Shown here: piece by piece, positions 56,184 through 64,000 of the stretch
Position numbering within the stretch: position 1 is the first letter of the stretch
Layout of the letters: every line of letters starts with the position of its first letter
Source of the DNA: Octopus vulgaris
Taxonomy: Eukaryota
DNA length: 64,000 bases
NCBI GenBank assembly: GCA_951406725.2
Contig: OX597823.1
Span: 22,010,001 to 22,074,000, forward strand
Direction of reading: 5' to 3'
Program-made: the position numbers and the translations under genes
The notes under the pieces: generated by a model
Told to the model about the DNA's origin: nothing
The model's input: the letters and a program-made list of their open reading frames with translations, nothing else
Databases searched by the model: none

Positions 56184-56357
56184 GTACTTACACGTACACA
56201 GTATTTAAAAATATTAGCCATTTTAGTAAATATAAAGAAGAATTTGTATAGGACTACTTGACGCAGGTTGACCCAATAATGAAAAGCCTTCCAGCCATCT
56301 TCAACCAGTCTTCATGTATGAGGTATACATATAAACAAGCTGGTGCACACACACACA

Positions 56358-56410
<53 letters not shown>

Positions 56411-56412
<2 letters not shown>

Positions 56413-57050
56413 TTACTTTTTTACTAGTTTCAGCTCGAGAGCTGCTGCCATGCTGGAGCACGCCCGTTAGTTTCGCTACACTCTCATTATTTGAAACCTC
56501 CTCTGATATGTGGCATTTGGTGAATGAGGGAGTTTGATGCTGCTGCCCTCATCAGCGTTTACCGCCACAAAGCAGATTCATCCGGAACTCTTGTCAGCAG
56601 GAGAATGAGTTTTATTTTGAAAATACCTACATCCACCCCATATAGGTCCCTCAGGTTTTGAAGAGTATATTGAAAAGCTGTGGGCTCTTGAAACCCAAAC
56701 TCTTGCTGTAGCTGGTCCTGTATCTTGATTGCGATGCTAGGGCTTTTGGAACTACGCAGTAGCACCCCCTTTCTGGTCTTTGCGCGTCTTTCTATGTACA
56801 AGTCCTTCCAGGATTTTCCGAATGTATAATTCTGCATATCTTTCCTGCCTAAGTTCTAGGGAGTGGAGCCTTAACTTTTTCAGCCTTTCCCAGGAGCTGA
56901 CATGTTGCATTGAGACGGTCTTCTTTGTCTAGCTTCGCTCGATTGCTTTGAGTTCCGCCGTTAACTTTACACTGCATGCGGACCATAGCTGGGAGCAGTA
57001 GTCCAAACGGCTCAGGTCAAATGTTTTCCATAGTTCCCTGTTCTCTCGCT
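56411..57050 (-). mobile_element. CR1-like LINE 3' fragment with tail
   Basis: LSRLDYCSQLWS...AELKAIERS and NLRDL..VDV..FK.KL in broken frames. Tail gctccagcatggcagcagctctcgagctgaaactagtaaa. Confidence 0.8.
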
Positions 57051-57427
57051 TTGAAAGTTCAAAGGATCCAACCGACCAGCCGACCGCACACACATATATA
57101 CACGTGCGCCCCCCCACACATTCATACACAGATACACACACAAACATATGCACACAGACACGCATACACACATACACACACACAAATATATATTTTATGA
57201 AAAACGTGAAGATGCCAACAAATTCCGAAATCAATGAAATAGTAACAAATTCTTTAGCCAATTCATGTAAAATACATTTTACTTTGTTACCTGTAATAAG
57301 ACAAAAACTTTTGTGTTTAAAATTCCCCACTTACAACATATTATTGTCCAATGGCATACCTAACATTTATAAAAAATATTCCCATGGTAACACCTAATAC
57401 TACATCGGCCGAGAAGCTAACGATATT

Positions 57428-57810
57428 CTTTTCTACTCTAGGCACGAAGCTCGAAATTTTTTGGGGGTTGGGGCCAGTCGATTAGATCGACCCCAGTACG
57501 CAACTGGCACTCCTTTTATCCACCCTGAAAGGATGAAAGGCAAAGTCGACCTCGGCAGAATTTAAACTCAGAACATAGACAGACGAAGTACCGCTAAGCA
57601 TTTCGCCCAGCGAGCTAACGTTTCTGCCAGCTCGCCGCCTTTGAAATAATCCTTTCTACTATAGGCACAAGTCCTGACATTTCTGGGGAAGGGATCAGTC
57701 GGTTACATCGACCCCAGTGCGTAACTGGTCTGGGACTTAATTTATCGACCATGAAAGGGCCGCTAAGGACTTCGCCTGGCGTGCTGACGTTTCTGCCAGC
57801 TCATCGCCTT
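57428..57810 (-). mobile_element. Two tandem SINE family A copies (short-tail variant)
   Basis: Two heads. The flanking near-duplicate gagaagctaa(c/t)g(a/c)tatt occurs at 57411 and 57811. Confidence 0.85.
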
Positions 57811-59088
57811 GAGAAGCTAATGCTATTGACAACGCTTTCTTTATTTGTGGCTTCTTTTTCCTTTCTGTCCCTGTTACTCATTTAGTAGCTGGGGTTGTAA
57901 TTATTAAATATGTCATAGAATGATTTAAATCCACTGTCAATGACGTGTGATCGACTCTTCATCAGGTGCAGATGAACTCCAAGTACATCCTTGAGACACG
58001 GAACCATCTACCCACCGTCCGATTCAGTGTTGAATCTAAATACCACCAGATCGAAACGTATGTGAGTAAACTCTATTGGATTTGACACTCATTCAGCTTT
58101 CTTCCTCTTGAAAATCTGCTTGGTCATGCAGAAACTGTCACATACTTTTTGCTGTGCTCGATGTTATAAGCTGATGCCATGTTTCACCGAATTTTAAAAT
58201 TCAACTTGGCATAGTGCGGAGAAGATACGCAATGTTCAGTGTGGCGTCACCGGATGGAAATAAGCAACTCCCTTTGTAGCCTTGGTCTTTGGTTCCTTGT
58301 TAATTTAGCCCTGTTGTTCTATCACCACTAGCATCTCATACTTTCAACAACGAGGTTCTTCATCTACGTAACTGCCTACATGGCATATTAAAAGCGATAA
58401 TATTTGGTTTGAGTTTGATTTGATAACTACTTCTAGCTGATCAACTGCTAAGGGCAGCGGTTCACACCCTTCTAGTTTTGCCCTGTATTTTTATAAATAA
58501 ATAATCTTTTATGTTTTTGTTTTAAATATTTGAATAAAATACAATTATCCAATCGTTAAATAAAGTCTTAACTAAATTAAATAAAATATCAGCCTTTTAA
58601 ATCTTCCTCTTGTCTCTGAGCAGCATTTATAGACTAAACTCTCAAATTCTGGTCACCTATATCTGTGAATAACGCAATGCTGAAGTACATACCCAGACGT
58701 ATTCTATCGTCAAAACATCTTTGCGAAAAGCAGCAATGAATGTAATCGAATATAGTCTAGAAACAATGAGACTAAATTGTACTTGTGTTTTTGCTCATCT
58801 TTTTTCATGAATTTAATTTCAACGTTTTCTAAGAATCGAGAAACAGCATTTGGTAATAATTTGTTAAACCTCGCAATCATCTTGTTGCGGAAGTAGAGCT
58901 TGTTGACTAAATTAAATCATCAATACTTAATCAAATTTGAAGAGCTTCTGAGACCTTTTTTTAAAAGTTTCTAAACAAATATATTCCAATCTAGGTGAAA
59001 TTAGCACATTAGTTTCTCGTTGAAATATTTCTTAGTTATTTTACTAAACGTTGTGTTGTGGATCTTAGTCCTATGTCTTACACATTAT

Positions 59089-59458
59089 TGTGGAGGCGCA
59101 GTGGCCCAGTGGTTAGGGCAGCGGACTCGCGGTCGTTGGATCGCGGTTTCGATTCCCAAACCGGGCGTTGTGAGTGTTTATTGAGCGAAAATACCTAAAG
59201 CTCCACGAGGCCCTCGGCAGGAGGTGGTGGCGAACCCTGCTGTACTCTTTCACCACAACTTTCTCTCACTCTTTCTTCCTGTTTCTGTTGTACAGGTATT
59301 TCAATGTGCCAGCCATGTCACGCTGAATCTCCCCGAGAACTACGTTAAGGGTACACGTATCTGTGGAGTACTCAGCCACTTACACGTTAATTTCACGAGC
59401 AGGCTGTTCCGTTGATCGGATCAACTGGAACCCTCGTCGTCGTAACCGACGGAGTGCC
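59089..59458 (+). mobile_element. SINE family C, full length, tail type 2
   Basis: A and B boxes; TSD ACACATTATT. Confidence 0.92.
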
Positions 59459-59969
59459 ATGACACATTATTATAAATTCATGCGTGCATTTTATTTTTAA
59501 TCAAATATTTCAAAACTATAAGATGAGGCCTTTGAGACTCTTTCAGAGTTACACCATAACTCATAAAATGAGACTCGCTCATACACTGGCTGACTCGTCA
59601 TATAGCAAGTAGAAGGCCTCAGCTATGTTTAAGTCTAGGACAAGTGTTTGTTTTCTGTTTCCTTTCATCTGAAGATACTTATCTAAAGAAGGAAGTGAAA
59701 GTGTCTATGTCACAGAGAACTCGATCACTCTCAATCAGTTTACCTTTCTAGCTCTTTGTCTCTCTGTCTCTCTTGCATATCCCGCGCTCTCGCTTCTCTG
59801 ACACCATACACTATCTTAGACTATACTGTGTGTTGTCTCGAGAGCAATTTAACAGCCGATATTCTTAGCCATTTTTATTGAGATTGGCATGGAAACAGGG
59901 CTGTAAAATATATAAACACAGACTTACAAACGTGCGTGTATACACCCATACATAACCATCTTTCTCTTT

Positions 59970-60700
<731 letters not shown>

Positions 60701-61054
60701 CATATAATTTACAATAACTCCAAATAATTAATATCTAAACGTCAGTGAAATTTAAAATGCCAAAAGCGAGCTAAAATTATTTTCCTATCATTTACTTCTT
60801 ATCTATCACAATATTCCATTGCTATAGTAATGGCAATATGGAGAGAATTCAAAATAGTTTCTGTGCTAACATTATTGAAAAAAATTCGAGACATATTTGT
60901 ACAAAGGTTGTTACAGATATTGTTGTTATTACTGACATCGCTGTTGTTATTGTCGTTGTTCCGTTCACTTAGGAATATGGATATTTTGTGTTATTTTGAT
61001 AATGTTGCAGGTCTGACAACTGAAAAAATATATAGCAATATAGCCGTCGCCAAA

Positions 61055-61561
61055 AGCGGTGAGCTGGCAGAAACGTTAGGACAACGGGCGAAATGCTAAG
61101 CGGTATCTCGTCTGCCGCTACGTTCTGAGTTCAAATTCCGTCGAGGTCGACTTTGCCTTTCATCCTTTCCTGGTCGATTAAATAAGTACCAGTTACGCAC
61201 TTAGGTCGATATAATCGACTTAATCCGTTTGTCTGTCCTTGTTTGTCCCCTCTGTGTTTAGCTCCTTGTGGGTAGTAAAGAAATAGGTATTTCGTCTATC
61301 CTTACGTTCTGAGTTCAAATTCCGCTGAGGTCGACTTTGCCTTCCATCCTTTCGGGGTCGATTAAATAAGTACCAGTTACGCACTGGGGTCGATGTCATC
61401 GACTTAATCCCATTATCTGTCCTTGTTTGTCCCCTCTATGTTTACCCCCTTGTGGGCAATAAAGAAATAAGAAACGTTAGCACGCCGGGCAAAATGCATA
61501 GCCATATTTCGTCTGCCGTTACGTTCCGAGTTAAAATTCCGCCGAGGTCGACTTTGCCTTT
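61055..61561 (+). mobile_element. SINE family A, multimer (about 2.5 units)
   Basis: A head, two body units and a partial third. Confidence 0.92.
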
Positions 61562-63534
61562 AGATAGGTAGGTATAGCGAAATATCTAATGCAATTTAAA
61601 TACTTGCTCTGTAACAAAACAATCAACACTTCTTCATTTACAATAAGAAAGCCTATATTTTAGAAAAATACCACCCATACCCTAGAAAAACACCCAGAGT
61701 ACGAAAGCACAGATCAGCAACATGATAATCATCATTCAGCTGTTAAATAACGAAACAGTCTTTCATCGTCATCAGCTTTAGTTACTACTTTTTTCTCAGT
61801 AACGAGTCGAATGTCCTTGTACACAACATTGTGCAGTAAAGCCACCTTTTTCTCCTTTCTGCATTAAATTCAGGATTAGTGGAGACACACAATCTGCTTT
61901 TGTCAGCAAGGTTAGCGCTTTGACTAATTTTGGAACAGATCGTATGATTTTATGATAGCCTACCAGCCCCGATCAATACGGAAATCTAAGCCGGAACAAT
62001 CATTTAACTCGATTATTTCCCAGCTGTAACCAAGAATAGGTACAACTGTAAAGTTGGTGTAATACTGATCCATGTTGAGCCCCGAAAGTGTTTATTTATT
62101 GTTCGCGGGAATAAGTCGATAAAAAAAAAAGCATATATGTCAGAGCAAAACGTTTAATATTGTTCTACACTTACTCTTTCTTTTGAAGAAATGACTCTTA
62201 TAATAAATGAAAACCGCTGCACAAAACCTCGAAAAGATAACTTTCTGAGACTCATTCTCAATATAGTTTATTAAGTGGAGAGGGTGGGGGTTATGGGGAA
62301 GAACGTTCATGCCAGTGTTTTCTTGTATTGTGGTTCTTCCTTTTCCCATGCTGTCAAAGTGATTCCTTTGTATGCAATTTTTCAAAAATGCACTGCTGCA
62401 GGTTTTGCTTCTCAGCTTTCAGAAATGTGAGATTTCAACTTCCGTTTTTGTTTTCTGACCCATTGAAGACTCCATCACTGCAACTTTCTCGCCCACCACT
62501 TAACTTTTTTTCCTATTATTCTAGCATGACTATTGTTGCAACCTGTTAAACAACAATCCCAATAACTGCATCGCAATTGTTTTTCCATGCTTTACTTACA
62601 TTTCTGCGGCTAATGAATTCCCCTTGTAAGGAATTTCAAAAACAACATAATAATCATTTGAAATTTTTCATTTTTTTTCTATCATAACACTCATAGCCTA
62701 GTTTTCTTCTCTTTTTTTTATTTTACTAATAAACCACCTTTCTTCATTTCACGTAAATTTCTTGAAGGACGCACTTACAGTCTTTCTTATTTTTGCATCA
62801 AGTACGCAGTCTGGTTCCTCTTTCATAAACTCAACTGGTATACGGTACCTATTCTATGAAGATCACTGTCTGTAATTTCCATGCTGAACGTAAATAAATT
62901 TACTTGATTCTAAATCAAGTACCTAAGTCAAATTGTATAATGCTACATTACAAAATTTTATTCTCTGAAAACAATTCAACATTCAAATAGCATGTAAAGC
63001 TGGCTTTTTTTATTTCTAAATTCTAATCAATAATATAATGTACAAACAAATCCATTTGCTGACTTTCTAAATAGATTACTAATCAGCTCACTATAGTAGA
63101 TTCATACAATGCTTATCAAACAGGCTGGTTTCCTTACACATATCATAACGATTATGTTACCCTTAATCTTATTCAGTTGTAAGTAAAGATGCAACTGTGT
63201 AAAGCTCATGATGCTTATGATATTATACCAAGTTCAATATAGAAATATATTGTGGCTGTTGATATTCATTTAAAAGAATTCTGCGGTCATTAAGAAGGGC
63301 TATAATTTAATATGATATATTTATTCACATCTTGACAACTGATGTAAAGGTCATCATAAGTCATAACCATTTGAAAATTAATCTGTTTACAACTTAAAAT
63401 AGATTTAGCTTCAAAAGGATGTCCCTGAAGTATTTCAATAGGTTCTATTTTCTGAAATATTAAGTTGATTGCGAATGTCAAGAAAATGGCTCTTGTGGTC
63501 CATTGTGCAAAATCATGGAATGCGTTGTTATAAG

Positions 63535-64000
63535 AAAACTGATCACGTCCCTAGAGAAAATGGCCTTCTCACTGAGACTGCAGCACAGCTTCCGTCAAAG
63601 AAGGAGATGCTTCATATAACTACTACAAGATGATGACTGCGAAATGAAAAAGTAGCTCTTTTATTTAAATGTAGATGTGATGTATCTCGACTTTACCTAG
63701 GCCTTCGTTAAAGCTGATAATGGAATCCTATGTCACAAACTGCGTAGCTTTGGCATAGTTGGAAAACTACAGGAGTAGCTGCATATTTTAAAAGGAAGGA
63801 GTCAGGCAATTGCAACCAACGATGCTCTCTCGGGAGAGACATGAATTCGCAGAGGAATGACCAAAAGGAACTGTACTGGGACCATTACTGTTTGTGGCGA
63901 TTCTCTCAATTATACTGTCAATCATTCTAACAAGTTCCGTTAACAACACAAGAGTATTAAAAGCAACGAAGTACCTTGATAATAGAGCAACACTGCAGTT
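63535..64000 (+). mobile_element. CR1-like LINE reverse transcriptase fragment
   Basis: HSFRQRR.C, VDVMYLDFT*AF.K.D.GILCHKL, GTVLGPLLF. Confidence 0.85.

Noticed and set aside
57950-58260. Possible mariner catalytic-domain remnant on the minus strand
   Set aside because: I could read no convincing DD34D or WVP motifs.

Overview
AT-rich, microsatellite-saturated eukaryotic non-genic DNA. The SINE families and TTAGGG-type repeats point to an octopus (coleoid cephalopod) genome; this is my recognition, not a database result. I can support no intact host protein-coding gene, and nearly all ORFs in the supplied track are translations of (TA)n, (CA)n, (TACA)n, (TCTA)n or (GAT)n repeats. The window is mostly decayed transposable elements. 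Non-LTR fragments belong to the HERO-like, R4/Dong-like, CR1-like and RTE-like groups, and there are two tandem ORF1-only L1/Tx1-like elements. Also present are several tRNA-derived SINE families, three non-autonomous Helitrons, hAT and mariner remnants, and a GGATC-ended DNA transposon family with 8-bp TSDs and internal telomere-like repeats. The main signal is about 15 type I hammerhead-ribozyme-like motifs from many unrelated sequence families. Most lie in short islands inside or beside (TA)n and other microsatellite tracts, often as inverted repeats. One locus brackets a Penelope-type GIY-YIG endonuclease fragment, which ties the motifs to Penelope-like elements. Several motifs share non-canonical cores (U3:A8 in four, U4C in two), and the one at 26836-26899 appears fully intact. 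All RNA structures were read by eye and need computational and experimental confirmation.
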